From a virus, in the IMG/VR virus record IMGVR_UViG_3300001567_000262, positions 1 to 64,000 of that record: a stretch of 64,000 nucleotides of DNA, one strand, 5' to 3'. The notes under the pieces were generated by a model. That model ran no database searches. It saw nothing but the letters and a program-made list of their open reading frames with translations, and was not told where the DNA came from. A program made the translations under genes and the position numbers. Shown here piece after piece: positions 10,406-20,100 of this stretch (its first letter is position 1; every line of letters starts with the position of its first letter).

Positions 10406-10656
10406 ACTATAAAAATGCGGCTGAGATACTGCCGGAAGAACTGATAAATGAAATCCGTAAATACTACAGCGGCGGTATGCTGTGGATTCCGAAGTCCGGA
10501 CTGGACCATAAGGAACGCGCACGTCTGGTCGTGCAGCTCATCGAAGAGAATGTCCCTGTGAATGAAGTCGCCAAACTTGCTGAAATCTCGCCGCGTCATG
10601 TTCGATGGCTTGTGGACAAGCACAGCGGTAAACGGCGCGACACGGATAAGAATTAA
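10402..10656 (+). CDS. CD3324-family / Mor-like HTH regulator (candidate late-gene activator)
   Basis: YKNAAEILPEELINEIRKYYSGGMLWIPK N-terminus and C-terminal HTH. Confidence 0.7.
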   Translation: MNYKNAAEILPEELINEIRKYYSGGMLWIPKSGLDHKERARLVVQLIEENVPVNEVAKLAEISPRHVRWLVDKHSGKRRDTDKN

Positions 10657-10796
10657 TAAATATCCATCATAAGAACACCCGAAAACCACGCATATACAGG
10701 ATGGAGAGTTTAACCAATACCGCGAAAATCTTCTTTCTTGCGGTCTCCCGGCGGTTCCGGTAGCCACAACAAATACAATGATCTCGATGGGGTATT

Positions 10797-11492
10797 ATGC
10801 CGTTTAATCCATTGAACCCGAACATCAAACAATGCACGGCCACCTGTAAAAACACCGGCAAACGGTGTGAGGCCATTGCCGTTGCCGGGTTCAATGTGTG
10901 CCGCATGCACGGCGCTCACAAGAAGAGATCGCCGAACGATGCGCCCAAGAAAACGAAGAGTGGACGACATTCCAACGTCATCCAGAAATACAAAAACAAA
11001 CTGAACAAGACCGCCGAGGAACTCGGTGTCGATCTGTCGGTCGGTCTGAAACACGGATTCCTGGCGTTTGATATCTTTACCCCGGAAGAGCGACAGGACT
11101 TTCTTTCCGTGGTTAAACAACTGCACGAGGACTTTCAGATGAACAAGTCTTCGGACTTCTACGCCACGGAACTCGTCGCCACGAACCTGACTCTCTTCCG
11201 CCGCGCCGTGAAAACCGGCGACGTGAAGGCAATCGAGGCTTACGACCGTATGGTCCGGATGCACCTCTCGGATTTGAAAGCCACCAAGAGCGCCCGCGAG
11301 GGAGACACGATCAATGTGAAAACCACACCGGCGGAATGGGCGGCGTCCATTCTGAAGAGGGTCGAAGAGGAAGAGGCCCTGGAACAGACCGGCCCCGCCG
11401 GCGCCTTTTCTGCAGAATCGAAAAAGAGCGTCGCATTTGATGAGGGCGACGATGCAAATAAGTCCGATGAAACCAAGCCCTTTGAGGAGTGA
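10797..11492 (+). CDS. Probable terminase small subunit with N-terminal HGGxSTG-like Cys/His domain
   Basis: CTATCKNTGKRC..CRMHG motif; upstream of terL. Confidence 0.6.
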   Translation: MPFNPLNPNIKQCTATCKNTGKRCEAIAVAGFNVCRMHGAHKKRSPNDAPKKTKSGRHSNVIQKYKNKLNKTAEELGVDLSVGLKHGFLAFDIFTPEERQDFLSVVKQLHEDFQMNKSSDFYATELVATNLTLFRRAVKTGDVKAIEAYDRMVRMHLSDLKATKSAREGDTINVKTTPAEWAASILKRVEEEEALEQTGPAGAFSAESKKSVAFDEGDDANKSDETKPFEE

Positions 11493-11751
11493 AGCGTCGC
11501 ATTTGACGAAAAATACGACGGTGCAGGAGACCTCCGACCATCCAGGACAGAGCCTCTGACATCGCCGGAGAAACACACATAACAGAGTATGCCGAACAGC
11601 CCGCCCTGACCGGACGGTCCCGGCGGGCAATGAACCTTGATAACCGAATCGAAGCAACCGCACCGTTTGCGCACGGTCGCGCACCGTTTCGCGCCTGTCG
11701 CGTTTTGTTGATGAGATCGAAGCATTTATCGGCATCGCGGCAAAACCGAAA

Positions 11752-11812
11752 TTTCAAAGCGACCGACCCCCTACAGGGATAAACAACGCGGGGTGAATTT
11801 CCCGGGGCCGGT
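11752..11812 (+). repeat. Left copy of a degenerate 61-bp direct repeat flanking the recombinase cassette
   Basis: TTTCAAAGC-N25-ACGCGGGG-N4-TTTnCCGnGGCnGGT with spacing identical to 13671-13731. Confidence 0.7.
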
Positions 11813-11899
11813 GATTCCCATTTACGCCCTTTGACCCAGAGAGAAAAGAGACCGGCAAGCGGCCTCTTTAATTCCTGGCTATCGGCGCGAGACATGGTT

Positions 11900-12217
11900 C
11901 TACCCCGGTTCCAGATGGAAGTCCTCCACGGCTTCGGCGCTCTTTATTTCGCCGATTATCTCGTTGAAGATGTCGCGGAGTTTGAAAGCGAGATTGGCAG
12001 TCTGTCCGCCGACGCAGGAAACGATGATGAAGTCCGTTGTGTAGGATTTCCCGTTCATCCAGCCGCCGATGCAGACCGATTCTCCGGTACATCCCATTCC
12101 CATGTGGGACGCCTTGAGGCTCTCGAACGAGTCGCCCCGCTTCACGTAGGTTCGGAGGAGTCGCTTCGCAAGTTCCCGAGCCGCCTGTTCAATCTCGTAG
12201 GTAATGTGAGAATCCAT
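11900..12217 (-). CDS. Hypothetical protein in the recombinase cassette
   Basis: Co-oriented, 12 nt after the recombinase stop, with GGAG upstream. Confidence 0.6.
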   Translation of the reverse strand: MDSHITYEIEQAARELAKRLLRTYVKRGDSFESLKASHMGMGCTGESVCIGGWMNGKSYTTDFIIVSCVGGQTANLAFKLRDIFNEIIGEIKSAEAVEDFHLEPG

Positions 12218-12229
12218 ACGGCGCTCCTT

Positions 12230-13153
12230 TCAGATGGTTTCCATCGCCTGCTGCAGCGCTTCGGACGGAACGTGGGCGTAGATGGTCGTCGTCGAGATGT
12301 GCCGGTGTCCGAGACCCTGCTGAACGAGCGCGAGGTTTCCGGTCCGCTCGAGCAGACTGGTGGCGAACGTGTGCCGCAGGCCGTGGACGGAAATGTTCTT
12401 CTCTATGCCAGCGGCGTCAAGCCACTCATCGAACGAGCGTTGAACCTGCCGGACAGACAGACGGCGTTCCTGATTGCTTACGAACAGCGCGCGGGTTTCA
12501 ACCGGCATTTTCCGGCGCTGTTTCAGATACACATCAAGATTTCTCCGGCTGTGGGCGTTCAGAAAACGAATCCCCTTGTGTCCTCCCTTGGCAAAGACAG
12601 TGATTTTCTTCTCCGCAAGATTCACGTCATCGACGTCGAGATGGACCAGTTCGGAGACACGGATGCCGGTGTTGAGAAAGAGACTCATTATGGCTAAGTC
12701 CCGGAAGGCTTTCTTCCCGCGAGTATTCGAAATGGCCTTGAGAAATCTTTTCTTCTCGACATCGGTGAGCACGTCCGGCGCGGGACGTTCCACGTACCGG
12801 ATGCGTATGGCGGCGGTGGGATTGGACGGGATGTGGCCGGATGCGGCGAGCCAGTTAAAGAAGGACTTCAGCGAGGTCTTCACCTTATTGACCGAACCTT
12901 CAGACTTAAGGCCGCCGTCCGGCATTCGGGTCACCACCGGGGACACGAGAAACTCGTTCAACATATCCGCTGATACTCCGGAGACCTCCGGGCATTGGAG
13001 ACGGTCCGCAAGGAACCGTTCCAATTGCCCGAGGTCACGGATGTACGAAGCGACCGTATGCGGTGAGCGCCCGTCGGCCCGCAGTTTCGTCTCGAAGAGT
13101 TCAATTGCCCTGCGGGGCGTCAGCGGCGTTACCGGCATCGGTGTCGTTTCCAT
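12230..13153 (-). CDS. Tyrosine recombinase (XerC/D-like)
   Basis: Full catalytic set: TGIRVSEL, AKGG, HGLRHTFAT, LGH..STTTIY. Confidence 0.95.
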   Translation of the reverse strand: METTPMPVTPLTPRRAIELFETKLRADGRSPHTVASYIRDLGQLERFLADRLQCPEVSGVSADMLNEFLVSPVVTRMPDGGLKSEGSVNKVKTSLKSFFNWLAASGHIPSNPTAAIRIRYVERPAPDVLTDVEKKRFLKAISNTRGKKAFRDLAIMSLFLNTGIRVSELVHLDVDDVNLAEKKITVFAKGGHKGIRFLNAHSRRNLDVYLKQRRKMPVETRALFVSNQERRLSVRQVQRSFDEWLDAAGIEKNISVHGLRHTFATSLLERTGNLALVQQGLGHRHISTTTIYAHVPSEALQQAMETI

Positions 13154-13514
13154 CCTGTACGCGTCCTTTCTTCATCTCGGATTTCGGGAGCGGGACTTCC
13201 GCGAGGTATCCCTTGTCCTGCGCCCAGACGAGCATCATGCGGAACACACGCTTGTTCTGGGTTACTGTGATTTCGCTCTTCGCCTTGCCGTTCGGTTTCT
13301 TGAGGAGCGCGTCGGACTTGAAGAATGTTCCGATGGTTGCCGGGGTGAGTTTGCCGAGCGGCTTGTCCGCGCCGAAGTGGGCGGAAACATTCTCGAGGCA
13401 CCGACCGTAAACTTCGACCGTGCGCTCGTTCTTGCCATCTTCCTTCAGGTGGTTAAGGAATGCGGGGATTGCTTTCTCAAACGTGATTTCTTTTGTTTTC
13501 GTTGCCATGTTCAT
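13101..13514 (-). CDS. Stand-alone integrase core-binding (SAM-like) domain protein
   Basis: FLNHLKEDGKNERTVEVYGRCL and NKRVFRMMLVWA resemble the N-terminal domain of the adjacent recombinase; no catalytic domain. Confidence 0.6.
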   Translation of the reverse strand: MNMATKTKEITFEKAIPAFLNHLKEDGKNERTVEVYGRCLENVSAHFGADKPLGKLTPATIGTFFKSDALLKKPNGKAKSEITVTQNKRVFRMMLVWAQDKGYLAEVPLPKSEMKKGRVQDGNDTDAGNAADAPQGN

Positions 13515-13596
13515 GGCCTCCTTTTTTGTTTTGATTCGCCGGGTTTCGACCCGTTTGTAAAACCGCTTTTCTGCCTCCTTTCGTTGTAATCGCAGT

Positions 13597-13629
13597 CACA
13601 TCTTTGAGCCGGGGGCGGAATAAGCCAAG
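13597..13629 (-). promoter_or_regulatory. Conserved 33-bp promoter/operator upstream of the recombinase cassette
   Basis: CTTGGCTTATTCCGCCCCCGGCTCAAAGATGTG matches 61976-62008 at 27/33 positions. Confidence 0.6.
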
Positions 13630-13670
13630 CCGGTTGCAAAAAAAGATTTGGGGCAATCCGGACGCATGTT

Positions 13671-13731
13671 TTTCAAAGCTGAAAAGGACTTTCAAAAGTG
13701 ATTCACGCGGGGACTTTTTACCGCGGCGGGT
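13671..13731 (+). repeat. Right copy of the degenerate 61-bp direct repeat
   Basis: Same motif blocks and spacing as 11752-11812; ends 37 nt before the terL ATG. Confidence 0.7.
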
Positions 13732-13768
13732 ATGCCCGATTCCAGGAGACTGTTTGAACAACTTAGAA

Positions 13769-15289
13769 ATGTCAAAAGACCATCGCGCCATCGGGCGCAT
13801 TCTGCGCAACCCGCGGCTCTGGGGCGAGCAATACCTCAAGAACCGCGATGGAGCCGAGCGCCGCTATTGGGCGCATCAGAATGAAGACCTGGAATGCACG
13901 GCGACAAACATCATCCATCTCGACGGGCGCGATTCCGGCAAGACGGTCGATATCGCCACATTGGCGCTGCATCACGCTTTCGTGAAAATGGGCGGCTCCG
14001 TTCTGGTCGCCGCGCCGCATCAGGGCCCGGTGGACACAATCGTCGAGGAAATCGAGTTTCAGATCGAGAACAACCCCGACCTGCAGTCGAGCATCGCGGT
14101 CAACGCGCAGGGACGCCCGAAGATCACCCGGAAGCCCTATTTCAAAATCGAGTTCACGAATGGCTCCGTGATCTACTTCCGGCCAGCCGGAGCATACGGT
14201 GATCCGTTTCGATCTCTCCATGTGGAATTGATTCTCGTGGACGAGGGTGCGTGGCTTTCAGAAAAGGCGTGGAAAGCGCTGAGGCAATGCCTGAAGGCTG
14301 GCGGCAGGATGCGAATATACTCCACGCCGAATGGTCTGCGAGACACGACCTATTACCGGCTCACGCATTCTAAGAAGTGGAAAGTCTTCAGATGGCCGTC
14401 CTGGCTTCATCCGCTATGGACGGCGGAGCGCGAAGATGAACTCCTCGAGTTCTACGGCGGGCGGGACACCGCCGGATGGCAGCATGAGGTTGCGGGAGAA
14501 CATGGCCGACCGAGTTACGGCGCATTCAACCTTGAACATCTGACTGTCTGCCGACAGGACATTCCCGAATATGTGTGTGTCGATATAACCGGCGACGAGC
14601 TGAAAGATTGCGATAACGAGGAAGAACTCGCCGAACGGCTCGACATGCTGCTTGATCTCGTTCCGGCTGACGGACTGTTCTGGATCGGCGGCGACCTCGG
14701 TTACACCGCAGACCCGACGGAGATCGTGATATTCAGGGAGACATCGGAAAATGAAAAAGCTGTTCTGCGTCTTGTGCGCCGTATTCACATGGAGCGCGTG
14801 GCCTATCCTCATATTGCCCAGGCAATCGCTCTGCTGGACAGATATCTCAATCCCGCCGGCATCGGTGTTGACGCAGGCGGCAACGGACTGTCCGTGGTTC
14901 AGGAGCTGACTGCGCTCAATAAATACAAGGAACTGAATCTCGCGCCCCGGCTGCGCGGATACAACTTCGGAAGCGCTGTTGTCATCGGAGAGAACGACGG
15001 GCAGTCAATCAAAAAGAAATGCAAGGAATACATGACGAGCCTGATCAACAAGGGGCTGCAGGCGCGACAGATCATACTCCCGGCGTCGGATGTGGAAATA
15101 GAAAGTCAATTCACTACGCACACATACTCGATGAAGACCGGACAGGTCATTTATTCAAAGGGCAACGACCACATCGTGGATGCAGTCCGGTGCGCTGTGA
15201 TGATTCGGGATCAGGGACGTCTGGATGAACTTGGCGGCGGTGTTGGCGATCTTCCTCTACCCGTCATGACAAATGCGATCTTCTGTTGA
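13769..15289 (+). CDS. Terminase large subunit
   Basis: Walker A GRDSGKT, Walker B ILVDEG, YSTP motif, nuclease WIGGDLG and NDHIVDAVR. Start placed at ATG 13769. Confidence 0.9.
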   Translation: MSKDHRAIGRILRNPRLWGEQYLKNRDGAERRYWAHQNEDLECTATNIIHLDGRDSGKTVDIATLALHHAFVKMGGSVLVAAPHQGPVDTIVEEIEFQIENNPDLQSSIAVNAQGRPKITRKPYFKIEFTNGSVIYFRPAGAYGDPFRSLHVELILVDEGAWLSEKAWKALRQCLKAGGRMRIYSTPNGLRDTTYYRLTHSKKWKVFRWPSWLHPLWTAEREDELLEFYGGRDTAGWQHEVAGEHGRPSYGAFNLEHLTVCRQDIPEYVCVDITGDELKDCDNEEELAERLDMLLDLVPADGLFWIGGDLGYTADPTEIVIFRETSENEKAVLRLVRRIHMERVAYPHIAQAIALLDRYLNPAGIGVDAGGNGLSVVQELTALNKYKELNLAPRLRGYNFGSAVVIGENDGQSIKKKCKEYMTSLINKGLQARQIILPASDVEIESQFTTHTYSMKTGQVIYSKGNDHIVDAVRCAVMIRDQGRLDELGGGVGDLPLPVMTNAIFC

Positions 15290-15301
15290 AAGGCATATCG
15301 A

Positions 15302-15661
15302 ATGACCGATCAGGAACTGATAAAAGAAAAAATGGCGAGCGTCACGGATCTGCTTCTGCGAAAAAACCGCGACTACGGCAGCAGCTTCCGAAAGCCGGGC
15401 ATCCTGTCCGGCGCGCTCGATCCAAAATCGAAACTGCTTGTCCGCATCGATGACAAGCTCGAGCGCCTTGGCAATCTGCTCGATAAGGGAACGGACGGAG
15501 ATGTGCAGAACGAAAGCATGTCTGACACGGTGGACGATCTTGTCGGCTACTTCGTGCTTCTCGGCATTCTACTTGATGAACAAAAACAGGCTGGACGACC
15601 AATGAGTGTGATTGACGCTCACAACAGGCAGGACAACACACAAGGCGGAGCAACCGAGTGA
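15302..15661 (+). CDS. DUF1599 / nucleotide-modification-associated domain protein
   Basis: KNRDYGSSF, VRIDDKLERL and DTVDDLVGY motifs. Confidence 0.8.
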   Translation: MTDQELIKEKMASVTDLLLRKNRDYGSSFRKPGILSGALDPKSKLLVRIDDKLERLGNLLDKGTDGDVQNESMSDTVDDLVGYFVLLGILLDEQKQAGRPMSVIDAHNRQDNTQGGATE

Positions 15662-17190
15662 AAAAGAAGAACGGAAACAACAACCGTCATGGAACAGGCA
15701 ACCATGCCACGGGTCTGACTTTTATGAGCCCGAACATGGCGACCGCCGCCGAAATGAGCGCATCCACATTCAGTGCGCAGAACGTGAGTGACGCGATCCC
15801 GAAAACGTTTGAGGAACGCGCGACCAAGGCATGGCAGTTTTACGTCGAGGAGCCTATCGTCCAGAACGCGATCAACTCATGGCGCACGTTCGCCATCGGA
15901 GATGAAATCCAGTTCAACTGCGACGACGAGGATGTGAAATGGGAAGCCCGCGAATTCGCCGACCGTGTGCAGTTGAACAAACTCATAAAGGACAGCGTTC
16001 TTCAGTGCCTCGTGAAAGGCGAGACCGTCTGTTTCAAGCGACCCTCAAAGGATGGCAAGGACATTGAGGAAATCGTCTGTGTAAATCCGATCAGTGTGAA
16101 AGTGAAATATGAGAACGGCAAACTCATTGAAGCGAAGCAGACGCCTGAAACAGCCGGAAGCGGCGAGCCGATTGATTTGCCTCTCGAGCAGACGCTTCAC
16201 ATCAAATGGAACGCGCCGTCCTATTCCGCCCGTGGAAACTCGATGGTCGTTACGGCGTTTGAGTCCATCGAGCTGTTGCGGGACTACCGCAATGCGGAAC
16301 GCGCCGTCGCCAAGCGATGGACGACTCCGCTTCGGTTTATTCAGGTTGGCGGGCAATTCGGCCAGAAAACCATCGTGCCCGCCCAGAGAACGCTCAACAC
16401 CGTGCGCGACATGCTGAACCGCATGGATTTGAAAGCCGGTCTGGTCGTGCCGTTCTATGTTAAAGCCGAGACATACGGCACCGAGGGCCAGGTGCTGGAC
16501 ACGGAAAAGAAGATCAAGGAAATCAAAGAGGACATCATCATAGCGCTTGGGCTTGCGAAATCACTCATCACCGGCGACGGCCCGAACTTCGCAACCGCGT
16601 CCATCGGCATGCAGAAGATGGTCGTCATGCTCAAGGAAATCAAACAGGTCGCCCGCGACATTCTTAAATGGATTTTCACGGACTGGCAGAAGCTGCACGG
16701 GTACGAGGAAAAGAGCATCAACTACATCTTCAACGATCTCGATCTTACGAACGAGGTCGATCTCAAAAAACTGTATATCGAACTCTACGACCGCAAACTC
16801 ATCTCGAAGAACAGCCTACAGATTAAAATGGACCTCAATCCAGAAGTGGAAGCGTCACATACCGAAACAGAATCCAAGCAGGCTATCACGGTCACCGATC
16901 CGAAACTCATTATCGAAATGGTGAACGCCGGAATCATGTCCGTCGATTCCGCGCAGGAGAAGTTGGGACTGGATAAGGAAAAGAACAAACCCGCCACCGC
17001 CGACTGGAACTACAGGCCTCCCGCGGTAACCGGCGCGGTGGAGTTTGATACCATCTGCGACGAGTGTGAGTTTTTCGATGATGAAAACAACTGGTGCGAC
17101 GCGAACAACCGGGACACCCGGTTCGACTCACGCGCATGCACTTCGTTTGAAAGAAAACGCGCAAAGGCAGGATGCGGATGCAAGCAGTAG
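15658..17190 (+). CDS. Portal protein with a Cys-rich C-terminal tail
   Basis: Lies between terL and MuF; 510 aa; EEPIVQNAI and IIIALG..KSLI portal-like segments. Confidence 0.75.
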   Translation: MKKKNGNNNRHGTGNHATGLTFMSPNMATAAEMSASTFSAQNVSDAIPKTFEERATKAWQFYVEEPIVQNAINSWRTFAIGDEIQFNCDDEDVKWEAREFADRVQLNKLIKDSVLQCLVKGETVCFKRPSKDGKDIEEIVCVNPISVKVKYENGKLIEAKQTPETAGSGEPIDLPLEQTLHIKWNAPSYSARGNSMVVTAFESIELLRDYRNAERAVAKRWTTPLRFIQVGGQFGQKTIVPAQRTLNTVRDMLNRMDLKAGLVVPFYVKAETYGTEGQVLDTEKKIKEIKEDIIIALGLAKSLITGDGPNFATASIGMQKMVVMLKEIKQVARDILKWIFTDWQKLHGYEEKSINYIFNDLDLTNEVDLKKLYIELYDRKLISKNSLQIKMDLNPEVEASHTETESKQAITVTDPKLIIEMVNAGIMSVDSAQEKLGLDKEKNKPATADWNYRPPAVTGAVEFDTICDECEFFDDENNWCDANNRDTRFDSRACTSFERKRAKAGCGCKQ

Positions 17191-20100
17191 CTGTTGAAAA
17201 AACACTCCGCGACCGGATAGTCGAGGCGACGCTCGTGTCTTTGCACGAACGTGACCTTTATTCGGAGCAGACGGTGACCCGCGTCCTGGATTCGCTTCAG
17301 CGTTCCGAAAAGGACGTTAAAGCGAGCCTTCTTTATTACGCCAATCTCGGCTCTCTGCCCGAGGGCAAAGCAATCAATCAGGCATCCCTTAAAAAACTCC
17401 AGCAGCAAATCAGGGAACACATCCGCACCGTGCGCGACGAACATTCTCTCATCATGAAGACCGCCGTCAAAGAGAGTTACAGGTCGGGCATTCACAGCGG
17501 CATCAGCGATCTCGTCCGGGCACAGATGCCGTTTTACCGCGACCTCACGCCGGACGGCATCAAGCAATGCGGGAGCAACATCTTCACGCTCATCGATAAA
17601 GACGCGCTGGACTTCATGGCGAACTACAATGTGCAGCTCGCCGGGGATGTGTCCCGCGAATTGACTGACGGGATCAACCGCGCGATCCAGACCGGCATCG
17701 CCTCCGGCCGTAGTGTCCCGGAAATCGCAAAAGACATCGGGCGTGTGGTCAAAGACCCGGAGGAGTTCCGCAAGGCTGGGAAAACCGTTTTCAAAACGGC
17801 TCAATACCGTATGGAGATGATCGCCCGGACGGAAACGCTCCGCGCTCACAATCAGGGCCGCATGAAGTTCTACAACACGGTCGGCGTGACAAAAGTTGAA
17901 TGGATGGCCGTGGGCGACGAGCGCGAATGTCCCGTGTGCCGTGAGCTGGACGGAAAGATATTCCCGATAGACAAAGTGCCGAACATTCCCGCTCACCCGC
18001 ATTGCAGGTGCCAGATACTTAATGCCTATCCATCGGAGATATGCGGGGCGAAGAATCTCGGCGTTGTAGCCGCGCCGGCGGAAGCTGCCTGCATCCTGCC
18101 GCCGCAGACCATCGAGGACATGGCAAAGGAAAAACAGTCCGAAGCCATCAAGATCGGACAATTCATTTCAAAGGGCGAATGGGACAAACTCACAATCAAA
18201 CAGCTTCAGGATCAGGCCAAGTCAAACGGCATCTCAATCGCTCGCACCAAGGCTGATTTTCTCGATATCCTCAAACAGAAAACAGGAACTGATTTCTCGC
18301 ACCTGTCTGGTAAAGACCTGCAGGCGCTCATAAAAGAACACAAAATCGCCGCTCTGCGCAGCAAGGACGATCTGGTCGGTCTGTTGAAGGCAAAAGCAAA
18401 ACAGGAATCGGTGCCTGATTATTCCTCGATGCCCGTGTCGAAACTCAAAGAGCTGGCGCAGGAAAAAGGAATCTCTCTCAATCTTACGAAGCAGGAAGTG
18501 ATCGACATCCTCGACGTACTCGAACCCGGGGTGGACCACAGCGGGCTTTCCGGGCAGGCACTCATCGAGGCGAAAAAGAAATTCAATCTCCCGATTCTCA
18601 AAACAAAAGAACACCTCATAAAAGCTCTGGAGAAAAACTTCAAAGAGGAAATCGGAAAGAAAGTTACGAAGGAAGCCGTCGTTCAGGTCGCCGAGGAAAC
18701 AATCAAAAAGGAAAAAGACCAGATCGTTTCCCTGCTGGATGCGGTCAAAGTTTCCGCAGACCCGAAGGATTACCAGTCGGTTCTCTCCGCGATCAAGGAT
18801 GCCGAATCGTTCCTCGGCAAAGGCGGTTTCTCCGTTGACGATGCTTACCTGAAAGAGAAAGCGTCTGAAATCGTAAAGAAGAAAGACGAGTTCAAGGCAA
18901 AGATTCAGGCCATGAATTCAAAGGATTTGAAAGACCTCGCCAAGCAAAGCAAGGTCACGCACTGGCAGTGGGGTTCGAAAGACGATTTTATCGCGCTTTT
19001 CACCGAGACGGACGACGCGGTGATTCAGACCGCGAAGAACAGCATCGAAACCAAGTGGGCGAAGTGGGCGGAAAAATATGGAAAGAAGCCTGCCGCGGGA
19101 GTCCAGGCGCCGCCGCCGAAAGCGCCGCTGAAACACACGCCGCAGCCCGCTCCGGAACCGGTAGCGCCGCCATTCCTTCAAAAGCCGCACGCGGACCTGT
19201 CTTCCGGTTTCGCAAAAGTCGATTCCGACTGGGACGTGCTGGACAAGGGAAAGGCTTTCAAATACTCGAAGGACGCGAAATCACTCGGTGGCGCTCATGA
19301 AAAATACATATATATAGATGAACACGGTGACAAGTGGCTTTTCAAGCCGACGGATAAATTCATCGCGCACGGTGAAGAGATGGGCTACCGGATCGCGCGG
19401 CTCATCGATCCCGATGCCGTCGAGGTTCGATACGTCGAGCTGAACGGTCGCTCCGGCTCCATCCAGCGGCTGGTTAAGAACGTCAAATCAGAGGCGTCGT
19501 TCCGGGACATTCCCATCGGAAAGCTGTCTCCTTCCGAGATCGAGGCAATCCAGCGTGAACACATTCTCGACTGGCTTATTTCGAACCACGACGCACACGC
19601 CAAACAGTTTGTCCGCGCTGCGGACGACAAAGTCTTTGGGATCGACAAAGGACAGACGTTCAAGTTTCTCGGCAAGGATAAACTCGGCATTTCTTACCAT
19701 CCGAACTCAATGGAGGCCGAACCGATCTACAACACGCTGTTTCGGGCATACCAGAACGGCGAAATCGACATCGACCTGCAGGCGGCGCTCAAAACCATCC
19801 AGCGCATCGAGAAAATACCGGACTCGGAATATCTTGAAATCATCCGGCCTTATGTCGAGGGGCGTTTCGGCGCGAAAGCGAGCGCGGCTAAAGATGAGTT
19901 CTACCGGCTCGTGCTGGAGCGTAAAAACAACATTCGCCGGGACTTCGAGAAATTTTACAACGACCTTTATAAAGCGCGGTTCAAAGCCGAGTTCCGGTTC
20001 CAGGATGATGTCAAAACGATAAAGAAGCTGTCCGGCGAAGACGAAGCCATTCTGCGTGATGCACAGATAATGAAGGGTCAGGGAAAAGCCATGCGTCTCG

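Noticed and set aside
11831-12697. 288-aa + strand ORF
   Set aside because: Antisense shadow of the tyrosine recombinase and its neighbour; no independent motifs.
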